Below are positions 9,734 through 18,978 of a stretch of DNA of 64,000 nt, piece after piece (position 1 is the stretch's first letter; every line of letters starts with the position of its first letter). Made by a program: the position numbers and the translations under genes. The notes under the pieces are model-generated. The model was not told the DNA's origin. It made no database searches and was given only the letters and a program-made list of their open reading frames with translations. Origin of the DNA: an uncultured Bacteroidales bacterium (GTDB lineage: Bacteria > Bacteroidota > Bacteroidia > Bacteroidales > JAFGXI01); the NCBI GenBank assembly GCA_947311115.1, contig CAMZKE010000029.1, positions 10,385 through 74,384 on the forward strand, given 5' to 3'.

Positions 9734-10107
9734 TTTAAAGATTTTATTTGATCAATTCTTGCTGTATTATGATGTTTATATAAACGTATCACTAATGAAA
9801 GGGCAACTGCTGTTACTGCAAAACCAATAACAATTGCTGTAAGTACCAATGCTTGTGGTACAGGGTCAACCATTTTATTAACTGCATCTTCGTTTCCCGG
9901 AGAAAAAATTGGGGCAGTTCCGCCTTTAATATATCCAATAGCCACAAATAATAAATGTACACCGGCATCAATTATAGATAAACCGATTACAATTTTTATT
10001 AGGTGTTTTTTTATAAGAACTGCATACAGACCTATTAATATAAGTGCAATTGCAGAACCATAAACACCTGTTGTTATTATACTATTATATTGTTCGAAAT
10101 TTTGCAT
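9727..10107 (-). CDS. MrpC/NuoK-like subunit (MbxG-like)
   Basis: Three TM segments. 'PVPQALVLTAIVIGFAVTA' block of MnhC/NuoK. Confidence 0.8.
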   Translation of the reverse strand: MQNFEQYNSIITTGVYGSAIALILIGLYAVLIKKHLIKIVIGLSIIDAGVHLLFVAIGYIKGGTAPIFSPGNEDAVNKMVDPVPQALVLTAIVIGFAVTAVALSLVIRLYKHHNTARIDQIKSLKW

Positions 10108-10826
10108 TATTTTTTTGGTTTAATGTTCAACAATATATCTAAAACTCCTGTTAATTCGGCTGCAACTTTAAATCCAACAGCTATATATATAATAGGAATT
10201 ACACCACCACTTATTAAATTATTAAGTTCTCCTGCAGGTAAAACATTTTCTAAGAAAGTTCCTCCTGTTAAAAGTCCCCATAAACCAATGCTTACAAATG
10301 TAATTCCTGCAAGACTTTCAACCCAATTAAGCATTGTGTGTCCGGCTTTAAAGTTTTTGTAAGATATTAGCATAAGTAGAAAACCTGTTGCTATAATTGC
10401 TCCTCCTTGGAAACCTCCACCTGGTGTTAAGTGTCCGTGAATAAAAACATAAATTCCTAATAGAGCAATTAAAGGAAATAATACTCTTGAGCCTGTTTGC
10501 ATAAGTGATGATGAAGGTTTGTTTATTCTTTCAATTTCTTCTTCATCTTCTTTTCTGCGGAAAAGTATGCTTCCTAAACCTGTTGTTGCAAGGAAAAGAA
10601 CTGTTACTTCGCCAAGTGTATCAAAACCTCTATAATTTACAACAATTGCAGTTACTGTGTTTGCAACAGATGTTTTTTCTACGGTGTTATTTAAGTAGTA
10701 CCCCGCAACGGTTTGTTCGTCTTGCGGATTTCCTATTCGGTTTTCTCCGAAAGGAATTAAGTTAAATGTATCGGTTAAAAAATAACCAACAATAACTAAT
10801 AATACCAATACAAGTACTTTCTTCAT
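10107..10826 (-). CDS. MnhB/MrpB-like subunit (MbxF-like)
   Basis: 'VTAIVVNYRGFDTLGE' signature of the MnhB domain. Polytopic. Confidence 0.8.
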   Translation of the reverse strand: MKKVLVLVLLVIVGYFLTDTFNLIPFGENRIGNPQDEQTVAGYYLNNTVEKTSVANTVTAIVVNYRGFDTLGEVTVLFLATTGLGSILFRRKEDEEEIERINKPSSSLMQTGSRVLFPLIALLGIYVFIHGHLTPGGGFQGGAIIATGFLLMLISYKNFKAGHTMLNWVESLAGITFVSIGLWGLLTGGTFLENVLPAGELNNLISGGVIPIIYIAVGFKVAAELTGVLDILLNIKPKK

Positions 10827-10828
10827 TT

Positions 10829-11107
10829 TTAGAACTTTTCAAGATTATTATCTACTGTTTCGTCTTCGTTTCGCGAGGTATTTCTAATAGTAATTACAAA
10901 AATTATTGTCGTTAATGCAATACCAATAGCAGCTTCGGTTAAAGCAACATCGGGAGCTTGCATTAAATAAAAGAATACCGAAAGAATTAAACTTACAACA
11001 CCTGTTGAAATAACAGCTGCAAGTAAATCTTTTTGAATTACTGCATATAGTGCCGATGCAACAAGCAAAACAGCTAAAATGCTAAATATTACAACGTATG
11101 TTATCAT
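10829..11107 (-). CDS. DUF4040 / MbhD-like small membrane subunit (MbxD-like)
   Basis: 'APDVALTEAAIGIALTT' block. 92 aa, three TM segments. Confidence 0.7.
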   Translation of the reverse strand: MITYVVIFSILAVLLVASALYAVIQKDLLAAVISTGVVSLILSVFFYLMQAPDVALTEAAIGIALTTIIFVITIRNTSRNEDETVDNNLEKF

Positions 11108-11457
11108 AGTTTAACCTCCTCTTTTACTTCAATGTCTTGAACTTTTTCGTAAGCATCAACTTTTTTCTTCATTATAGGTTTTAAGCCTGCTTTGTAGGCT
11201 GCACGTGCTAAAGCGTGCGAGCTTAAAGGGTTGGCAATGCCAATAAATATTACAATAATTATTGTTTTTACCATCCAAGCCGGTTCAATAAAACCTACAC
11301 CTAAAATTGCACTCATAGCACCAATTGTGGTAGCTTTTGTTCCTGCTTGTAGTCTGTTGTACAAGTCCGGCATACGGTATATACCTAGAGCACCAAGGAA
11401 TAAAAATATTCCTCCAATAACTAAAAGTCCGTATCCAATGTATCTTAAAATCTCCAT
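11104..11457 (-). CDS. MrpG/MnhG-like subunit (MbxC-like)
   Basis: 'YRMPDLYNRLQAGTKATTIG' signature. 4-nt overlap with the downstream gene. Confidence 0.85.
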   Translation of the reverse strand: MEILRYIGYGLLVIGGIFLFLGALGIYRMPDLYNRLQAGTKATTIGAMSAILGVGFIEPAWMVKTIIIVIFIGIANPLSSHALARAAYKAGLKPIMKKKVDAYEKVQDIEVKEEVKL

Positions 11458-11714
11458 TATAATGCTTTTTCTATAAATCTTGCGATTACAATTACACCAA
11501 TAAAACCAAGAACTGCATATATAAGAGCTACATCAATGTAGATGTATCTTTTAAACATAAGTCCTAATAACACCAATGCCGCAGTTGCAATAACTGACAT
11601 TGTATCTAGTGCCACAGCTCTATCGGCTGCGGTTGGTCCTTTAACAAATCGTAAAAAACCAAGTAATAACCCTAAGGCCATTAACGATAATACTATTATG
11701 AATACTGTCTCCAT
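11457..11714 (-). CDS. MrpF/MnhF-like subunit (MbxB-like)
   Basis: 'VKGPTAADRAVALDT' signature. 85 aa, three TM segments. Confidence 0.8.
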   Translation of the reverse strand: METVFIIVLSLMALGLLLGFLRFVKGPTAADRAVALDTMSVIATAALVLLGLMFKRYIYIDVALIYAVLGFIGVIVIARFIEKAL

Positions 11715-11724
11715 ATAATAGGGT

Positions 11725-12249
11725 TTATCCGTAAATTTTTAATAAAACTTTTTCGAAAGGTTCAGCTATTTCTTTAAATGCTTCTTCCGGATTTTCTGTT
11801 GCTACATCAATCCAATGTATATACATTGTATCATCAATTACATCAATTGTAAGTGTACCAGGTGTAAGTGTGATACTGTTTGCTAAAATCATTTTAGCAA
11901 AATCGTTTGTTAGTTTAGTTTTTATTTCAACAATACCCGGATTAATAGGTAGTGCAGGGTTTATAACTCTAACAGCTACATCAAGATTTGCTTTAATAAG
12001 GGCTATTATAAAAACAAAAAAGTATTGAACCAAAAAAATAATTTTATGAGGCATCAATACTTGTAGTCCGCAGCACGAGAAGTATTTGTTGGTTAATAAA
12101 CCGAGAATTAAACTTACAAATGCTCCTGTTAAAACTTCGGCTAATTGAATATCGGCAAAAGAGCCGGGCCAAGTAAAAGCATTCCAAATAATAAACACCA
12201 TTATAAAGGTGTATAAAAATTTGCTTATAGATGATTTTCCGTCTTGCAT
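11725..12249 (-). CDS. MrpE/MnhE-like subunit (MbxA-like), first gene of operon
   Basis: 'LANSITLTPGTLTIDV' signature of MnhE. A TAnnTTTG-like box (TATTTTTG) lies about 20 nt upstream on the minus strand. Confidence 0.8.
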   Translation of the reverse strand: MQDGKSSISKFLYTFIMVFIIWNAFTWPGSFADIQLAEVLTGAFVSLILGLLTNKYFSCCGLQVLMPHKIIFLVQYFFVFIIALIKANLDVAVRVINPALPINPGIVEIKTKLTNDFAKMILANSITLTPGTLTIDVIDDTMYIHWIDVATENPEEAFKEIAEPFEKVLLKIYG

Positions 12250-12414
12250 TTTAATCTTCTTAAAATTTATACAAAAATATAATTATATACATTTTTAGTT
12301 AGGTATATATTTGTGTTTTTTAACAGATTTTTTAATTTGTTCTCTGTCTAAATAGGGGAGAGACGCAAGTGTTGGATTGTTTAAATATATTATGATTTGT
12401 TAGTAATTTAAATT

Positions 12415-14877
12415 TTATTTTGTGTTAGGTTTCTTTTTAATTAACTCAATATATACAACTCCTATAAGAGCAAGAAGTAGAATTATTGAACTAATTAATG
12501 AAATTGTACTTCCAATAGCCCACGAACGAGGTTCAAATTTAAATTCAATTGTATGAGAACCTGCAGGTATTTTCATAGCACGTAATACATAATCTGCTCT
12601 AAAATGTGAAACTTGTTTATTGTCGATATATGTATTCCAACCTTTATCGTAATATATTTCAGAGAACACAGCTATTTGGTTAGTATTAGCTGTAGATTTG
12701 TATGATATATGATTTGGTTTGTATTCTGTTAGTTTAATAGTTGCTGATTTATCTTCAGTTAAGTTTATTAATTCTTTTTCAAAACGTTTGTCGACTATTG
12801 CTGTATTTTTTGGTTCGAAATTTTGTACTGCTTTAATTTCTTCGTTTGCATCGGCAACTATTTTTATATTATTTACAAACCAAGCATTTCCGAGAGCATA
12901 ATTATTTACCAATGGTGGAGCTTCCGGATTGTATATAATGTATTTGGTGTTTAGCATATTTAATGCTTGATTTTGTTTTAATACATTATCGATACTTTGC
13001 TGAGTTGGTTTATTTTGTAATGTAGATATAATATTTTGCATTTCTTTGCTTATTTCTGCATCAATTAATTCTTGATATCTGCGCATTTTTGCACCATGAT
13101 AACCTCCAATTGATTTATGAAAATATGATGTGCTTGCATCGTTAAAAGTACTTACTGCAAGATTTAATACTCTGTAATTTGGGTCGTTATCTTTTAATAT
13201 TATTTCGTCAGCTTTGCTTGCTGTAAAAGGTACTTCTACTTTGCGTTTTGTAACAAAATTATCTTCGTTAAGGTAACGTTTATCTACACTCCATAAATCG
13301 ATAACAATAGCTAATCCAATAATAATGTATAGATAATTTGTTTTAAGTTTACCTTTAATGTAAAACCATATTGTACCTGCACCAATTAATACAAAAATTA
13401 ATGAACGAATAGCATCACTTCGCATAATTGAGGCTCGGTCTTCAAGAATTGAATCTTGTAAATAATTAGGTAGTTGCGAGTCTGAAAGTCCAATAAAATC
13501 GAGTATTCCAGGGTTAATTAAAAATAATAATATTATACCGGCTAAAATACTAACAGAGTATTTTAATGCTTTTGTAATTTGTTCTTTTGATACTTTTTCT
13601 TCAATAATATTTTTTAAAGCTAAAAAGCCCAATAATGGTATTGTTAATTCTGCAATAATTAAAATCATTGAAACTGTACGGAATTTGTTATATCCGGGAA
13701 AATAGTCGAAAAATAAATCGGTTAACGGCATAAAGTTTTTACCCCAAGCAAGCATTATTGAAAGAGCTGTTGCTGTTAATAGCCAAGTACGAATAGGCCC
13801 TTTTACTAAAAAAATACCCATCATAAATAAGAAAATAACTAAAGCACCTATATAAACAGGTCCTGATGTAAAAGGTTGTGCACCCCAGTATGTTGGCATT
13901 CGTTTAATAGCATCGGCAGCTTGTTTTTTTGTTGCTCCAATACTTAGTAGTTTATTATATGTAGCCGATTTATTCGATAACTCTGAGCCACTCGCTCCAC
14001 CAACCAAATTAGGTATAAATAGGTTAAAAGTTTCTAATTTACCATAGCTCCACGATGTTGCATAGTCTTTGTCTAAGCCTGATGTTTGGTTTTTGTGGTC
14101 GATTGTTAGTTCTGATTTTCCTCGTGTTGATTCAGGAGTGTATTCAATTGTTGTAAATAAAATTGCGGCATTTGTGCCTACAGCTAGTAAAGCACCAACT
14201 ATAAGTAATCCAATAGATTTAATTAAGTAGCTAAATTCTTTATTTTTTACAAAATTAATTAACTCAATAATACCGTATATTAATATTAAAATTAACCCAT
14301 AATATGTTATTTGTAAGTGGTTTGATAGTATTTCAAATGTTAGGAATATTGCAAAAACAACAGAACCCAAAATTAGTTTTCGTTGATTAAAAACTAAAAT
14401 TACACCGGCTAAAACACCGGGTAAGTAGCCTAATGCAGTCATTTTTGAGTTGTGTCCTGCAGCGATTATTATTAAAAAATAACTTGATAATCCATAAGCT
14501 AATGCTCCTACTGTGGCAAGTTTCCAATTAAGTTTAAATGATAATAGTAATACATAAAATCCAATAAATGCTACAAAAATAAAGTATGCAGGCTTTTTTA
14601 AAAGTCGTGTAGCACGGTCAATTTTTAAGAATAAATTAGATTCGTTTGTGGCCGATATTTGATATGTTGGCATTCCTCCAAACATACTATTTGTCCACAT
14701 GGTTTGTTCGTTGTGCGATTTGTTAAAATCTTTTGCTTCTTTACTCATTCCAATATAATGAGTAATATCGCCTTGTTGTAATTCTTTGCTGAACATATCA
14801 GGCGAAAAGTATAATATTGATATTGATACAAAAATTATTAATGGAATTAAATAATTAAAAACCTTTTTCGACTGCAT
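12415..14877 (-). CDS. YfhO-family polytopic membrane protein (putative glycosyl-transfer/glycan-modifying)
   Basis: 820 aa. N-terminal 'LYFSPDMF...GMSKEAKDF...WTNSMFGGMPTYQIS' and many TM segments followed by a C-terminal extracytoplasmic domain, as in Bacteroidota YfhO proteins. Confidence 0.65.
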   Translation of the reverse strand: MQSKKVFNYLIPLIIFVSISILYFSPDMFSKELQQGDITHYIGMSKEAKDFNKSHNEQTMWTNSMFGGMPTYQISATNESNLFLKIDRATRLLKKPAYFIFVAFIGFYVLLLSFKLNWKLATVGALAYGLSSYFLIIIAAGHNSKMTALGYLPGVLAGVILVFNQRKLILGSVVFAIFLTFEILSNHLQITYYGLILILIYGIIELINFVKNKEFSYLIKSIGLLIVGALLAVGTNAAILFTTIEYTPESTRGKSELTIDHKNQTSGLDKDYATSWSYGKLETFNLFIPNLVGGASGSELSNKSATYNKLLSIGATKKQAADAIKRMPTYWGAQPFTSGPVYIGALVIFLFMMGIFLVKGPIRTWLLTATALSIMLAWGKNFMPLTDLFFDYFPGYNKFRTVSMILIIAELTIPLLGFLALKNIIEEKVSKEQITKALKYSVSILAGIILLFLINPGILDFIGLSDSQLPNYLQDSILEDRASIMRSDAIRSLIFVLIGAGTIWFYIKGKLKTNYLYIIIGLAIVIDLWSVDKRYLNEDNFVTKRKVEVPFTASKADEIILKDNDPNYRVLNLAVSTFNDASTSYFHKSIGGYHGAKMRRYQELIDAEISKEMQNIISTLQNKPTQQSIDNVLKQNQALNMLNTKYIIYNPEAPPLVNNYALGNAWFVNNIKIVADANEEIKAVQNFEPKNTAIVDKRFEKELINLTEDKSATIKLTEYKPNHISYKSTANTNQIAVFSEIYYDKGWNTYIDNKQVSHFRADYVLRAMKIPAGSHTIEFKFEPRSWAIGSTISLISSIILLLALIGVVYIELIKKKPNTK

Positions 14878-14945
14878 ATTAATTTTTTTAATGTTTTGAA
14901 CAAAAGTAATATATTGAAATTAAATATTGTATTTTTTTATTACAT

Positions 14946-15886
14946 TTGTGTTTAATTTTACGAAATTTAAAATATGAAAAAATATTAGTAATTTCAATAC
15001 TACTTGTTGTATCAGTAATTAATGCTCAAAACAATCCTGTAATTGGATATCAAAAAATTAATGAAATTGAAGGTGGTTTTACGGGTGTTCTATTTCAAGA
15101 TGATTATTTTGGTGTATCTTTAGATTCGATTGGAGATGGCAATATTGATATTGCTGTTGGTTGTTATAGAGATGATGATGGTGGGAATGATTTAGGTGCA
15201 GTTTATATTTTATTTTTAAATTCTGATGGAACTGTAAATCATGAACAAAAATTAAGTAGTACAGAGGGTAATCTTAATATGAGTTTGTATTCATATCATC
15301 TCTTTGGTATTTCAGTAGCCGCAGTTGGCGATATTAATTGGGATAATAAAATGGATATAATTGTTGGTGCTCCCAGAGATGCAACTAATGGAACGGGGTC
15401 AGGAGCATTCTATATTTAGATACTAATGGTACCGTTATTAGCCATCAGTATGTTACAGAGGGGTGTAGCGACTTTTTAGGCGATTTAGATGTTGATGTTT
15501 TTTTGGGAAGAGGTGTTGCTTCTATTGGTAAATACGGTATATTTTATCGTCTTTTAATTGGAGCTTCGCACTATAGTGATAATGGAGGAGTAAGTAAAGG
15601 TGCTGTTTGGGTGTTGAAAATTAAAGGCGAAATAAATACAGAAACTGATGTTCTTATATATAACGATATATATTTATTTCCAAACCCTGCTAATAATTAT
15701 ATTAATTTGGGATATAGGCGATTGTTAAATAATTCAAGAATTAAAGTCTTTGATATTATAGGTAAGCATATCAATGTTAATATAAATTATTTACCAAACT
15801 AAGCTGTTATTGAATTATCAGGTTTAAAATCGGGTATATATTTCGTTAAATTTGGTAATTTAACGAAGAAGTTTATAAAATATTAA
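14946..15886 (+). pseudogene. Decayed FG-GAP/integrin-like repeat protein with T9SS C-terminal sorting domain
   Basis: Repeats 'DDGGNDLGAVYILFLNSDGTV' and 'GSGAFYI|LDTNGTV'. Lesions: -1 frameshift at T-run 15415-15417; in-frame TAA at 15800-15802 inside the CTD ('LFPNPANNYINL...*...GLKSGIYFVKFGNLTKKFIKY'); the natural ATG (14974) is out of frame because of the A6 run at 14977-14982. Confidence 0.7.
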
Positions 15887-15923
15887 TTACTTTTGCAACT
15901 TATTTAATTTTTAAAATACTGAT

Positions 15924-16769
15924 ATGAGGGGGATTAAGAAGATTTATTATTTGTTTCAACAATTAGTTTTAATAAATAGAATAAATAAAAGATTAAAGAA
16001 TAAGATTGTTAGCTGTGGTTTAGATAATAACATTCCTTATGTTGAGTTATTAAATGGTTTTAAATTTTTTGGTTTTAAAAGCCAACCATATCAAAAAAAG
16101 TTATTCTTTTTGTTTAATAAAAGCATAAAACAAAAATTAAAATCGTGCCCTGATTGTATTAATATTTTATTTGATATTGATTTTAGATATTTCCCTCCAA
16201 AAACAGAAAGAGAAACTTATGATATGGGTAAGTACTATAATGTAAATAAGGGTGAGATTGTGTTGGAGCTGGGTGCATATATAGGAATGTATGCTATAAA
16301 AATGTCTGAAATTGTTGGCGTAGAAGGTAAAGTTATTGCTGTTGAGGCTATTGAAGATAATTATAGCATATTGAAAAAAAATGTTGAATCTAATTCTATT
16401 TCTAATATTATTCCAATGAATAAAGCAATTTGGAATAAAGATGAAGATATTAGTTTTTTCAGAACAGAAAATCAAGAAAATAGTGCTGTAACAGGAGTTG
16501 TTGATGAAGATAATATTATAACAGTAGAGGGAGCTACAATTGATACAATCGTTAAAAATAATAATTTATTGAGAGTTGATTTTATTAGAATTCAAGTTAA
16601 TGGAGCAGAAGTTGAAGCATTACAAGGAATGCTTGAAACTTTTAAATTGAAACCAATTGTTATGGTTACAGTTGTTTATATTAGTAAGAAAGCAGTATTG
16701 CAAATATTACAAGAAAACGGGTATGAAACAACAGAGTATAAATACTCTGTATTAGCTATCCCGAAATAA
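15924..16769 (+). CDS. FkbM-family SAM-dependent methyltransferase
   Basis: 'VLELGAYIGMYAIKMSE...VIAVEAIEDNYSILKKNV' matches the FkbM methyltransferase core. Confidence 0.7.
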   Translation: MRGIKKIYYLFQQLVLINRINKRLKNKIVSCGLDNNIPYVELLNGFKFFGFKSQPYQKKLFFLFNKSIKQKLKSCPDCINILFDIDFRYFPPKTERETYDMGKYYNVNKGEIVLELGAYIGMYAIKMSEIVGVEGKVIAVEAIEDNYSILKKNVESNSISNIIPMNKAIWNKDEDISFFRTENQENSAVTGVVDEDNIITVEGATIDTIVKNNNLLRVDFIRIQVNGAEVEALQGMLETFKLKPIVMVTVVYISKKAVLQILQENGYETTEYKYSVLAIPK

Positions 16770-16770
16770 T

Positions 16771-18261
16771 TTATTTATTTATAATTTTATTTTTTATTTT
16801 CCCAATATTTGGAAAATATTTAATAATAATAAATATTTTTTCCTTCTCTGTTTTTGAGAAAAAACCAAATACAAACAATAAAAGAGGGAAAGTTAGTAGA
16901 ATTGAACTTTTTATTACTAATCCAATCAATATAGATTCGTTATTTATATAGTATAATGAAGATGTAATAATAACACTAGATAATATTAATATAACTAATC
17001 TTTTTATTTCATAATTTACATAATACTCTCTTTGTGAATAATAATAATATAATACTAAAATTACAAAACTGCTTATTATTGATGCTATTGATGCTCCGTA
17101 AATACCGTAATTTGGTATAAGAGCAAAGTTTAAAATAAGGTTTATAACAGCACCAGTAAGTACTATAAACGAATTGTATTTAGTTTTCTTCACAAAATGT
17201 AATCCTAAAGAAAACATATAGTAAATACCTTTTATTAAAAATGTGTACGAAATAAAAGGAACTATTTTGTAAGCCTCATAATAAGCAGGGTCTTTCGATA
17301 AAAGAAGTATTATTTCTTTAGAATAAAACGAAAGAGTTAAAACCGAAAAAACAAGTACAAAAGTTAAGTATGTTAATACTTTAGCAAAGAATTCTTTTGC
17401 ACCTTCTTTATCATACATTTTGTATGCTATAGGTAAAAATCCCATTTGAAATGATTGTATAATAACAATGTTAACAATACTTGAAAGTTTATAACCTAAA
17501 TTATATATTCCAACTTCTGATAATGAATAAAAATGTTTTAATGCAAATCTATCTGCTAAAGTTAGAATCATTGTAGATATTGTTGAAAATACTAAAGGAA
17601 ACCCGTAAATAAACATTTCTTTCCCTGTTTTTATATCAAATTTAAATACAATTTGTTTTAATGTAAACGGAATTGTAACAAAAGAGAATAGAGCGCTACT
17701 AATAAGCATACTTAATACTATACCTTCAACACCAATTTGTGCATAAGCAACAAAATAAATTGCTAATACTAAATTAAGTAACAGCTTTGTTATTAGAATT
17801 ATAATGTAAAGAACTGATTTTTGTTTTAATCTTAATAAGTCAAGAATAAAGCTGTTATAAATCTCAACAAAAATGTATATTGATAAATAATAGAAGTAAA
17901 TATAAAGTTTGTCAGAATCTAGCAGTAACTCAGATAAATAACTAGCAAAAATAAAAGATGATACAACAAAAGGTATTATTAAAATACCAGAACTTAACAT
18001 TGCGGTAAATATAATTTGCTTTTTCTTATAAGTGTCACTTTCAACCGATGCCCACCTTAGCATTGCAGTAGATAGTTTAAAACTTAACACTCCAATAGAA
18101 AACTGTGCAATAGCTTCAATAATAGCAAGTAAACCATAATCAGCAGTTGTAAGGTAAGTGGTATATAATGGTAGTAAAATAAATCCCACCATTTTTATAC
18201 TTAGGTTACCTAAACTATAAATTATAGTATGTTTTGCAGTATTAAATAAATTTTTAAACAT
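16771..18261 (-). CDS. Oligosaccharide/polysaccharide flippase (Wzx-like, MOP superfamily)
   Basis: 496 aa with about 12-14 TM segments. Located in a glycosyltransferase cluster. Confidence 0.7.
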   Translation of the reverse strand: MFKNLFNTAKHTIIYSLGNLSIKMVGFILLPLYTTYLTTADYGLLAIIEAIAQFSIGVLSFKLSTAMLRWASVESDTYKKKQIIFTAMLSSGILIIPFVVSSFIFASYLSELLLDSDKLYIYFYYLSIYIFVEIYNSFILDLLRLKQKSVLYIIILITKLLLNLVLAIYFVAYAQIGVEGIVLSMLISSALFSFVTIPFTLKQIVFKFDIKTGKEMFIYGFPLVFSTISTMILTLADRFALKHFYSLSEVGIYNLGYKLSSIVNIVIIQSFQMGFLPIAYKMYDKEGAKEFFAKVLTYLTFVLVFSVLTLSFYSKEIILLLSKDPAYYEAYKIVPFISYTFLIKGIYYMFSLGLHFVKKTKYNSFIVLTGAVINLILNFALIPNYGIYGASIASIISSFVILVLYYYYSQREYYVNYEIKRLVILILSSVIITSSLYYINNESILIGLVIKSSILLTFPLLLFVFGFFSKTEKEKIFIIIKYFPNIGKIKNKIINK

Positions 18262-18265
18262 TTAT

Positions 18266-18976
18266 TTATAGTGAAATTATGTTTGCGATTTTATTGCTAA
18301 TAATTTTGTGTCCTTCTGTTGAATAATGAATCCCATCTGGATAATATTTCACCCCATCTATGTCAGAAATATCAACTTTTTTAATATCAAATTCCGATGA
18401 AAGTTTATTTATTATTTTATTATATATTTCTACATTTTTTTTTGTGCCAGGAAGTTGTTTCTCAACTCTATCTGAAGGTGTATTTATCGGAATTATTATT
18501 ATTTTAGAATTAGTTTCTTTAATAATATATTCGATAAGTATTTTATATAGATTTTTAAATTGTTTTTTATTTACCCAAGAATTTTTCCCTCTTAATTTAA
18601 CAAATATACTTCTTTTAGGTTTAACAATAATATTATAAACTGTGGCTAATAATATACTTATACTTTTTTGAGATTTAAATGTAATAATATCTGAAAACCA
18701 TTTAGGTACATCTCTTGTTGACGCATCAGGTATCCCAATATTTAAAACAATATAATCAGGATAATCAGAAATTAACTCGTCAATTCTTGGAAAGATATCT
18801 TTTAGTGTTGCTCTTGTAAAAGCTTTGTTACTAATGGTAAAACAAGTGTTAGAGTCTGTCTCAGATAACTTATCTTGTAAATATTGGCCGTAATTTTTAT
18901 TCATAGGTTCTTTCATAGGAGGGCGGACTCTAATTGCAACAGAACAACCTATTATTGAGACTTTTATATGTTTCAT
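18266..18976 (-). CDS. SGNH/GDSL-like hydrolase (esterase/acyl-modifying)
   Basis: N-terminal 'VSIIGCSVA' (block I-like), 'LNIGIPDAS', and C-terminal 'PDGIHYSTEGH' (block V DxxH). Confidence 0.5.
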   Translation of the reverse strand: MKHIKVSIIGCSVAIRVRPPMKEPMNKNYGQYLQDKLSETDSNTCFTISNKAFTRATLKDIFPRIDELISDYPDYIVLNIGIPDASTRDVPKWFSDIITFKSQKSISILLATVYNIIVKPKRSIFVKLRGKNSWVNKKQFKNLYKILIEYIIKETNSKIIIIPINTPSDRVEKQLPGTKKNVEIYNKIINKLSSEFDIKKVDISDIDGVKYYPDGIHYSTEGHKIISNKIANIISL

Positions 18977-18978
18977 AA

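Noticed and set aside
1185-12249. Interpreting the operon as canonical NADH:quinone oxidoreductase (nuo) or as a genuine H2-evolving Mbh/Ech hydrogenase
   Set aside because: No NuoE/F/G/A/J equivalents are present and the gene order is Mrp-first, so it is not nuo. The large subunit lacks the complete C-terminal CxxC, has no processing extension and has no hyp or protease genes nearby, so it is not a standard [NiFe] hydrogenase.
14974-15420. Phase-variable (slipped-strand) on/off switch at the A6 and T3 homopolymers of the FG-GAP gene
   Set aside because: The runs are short for contingency loci. The gene also carries an independent in-frame TAA (15800-15802), so decay or assembly error is the more economical explanation.
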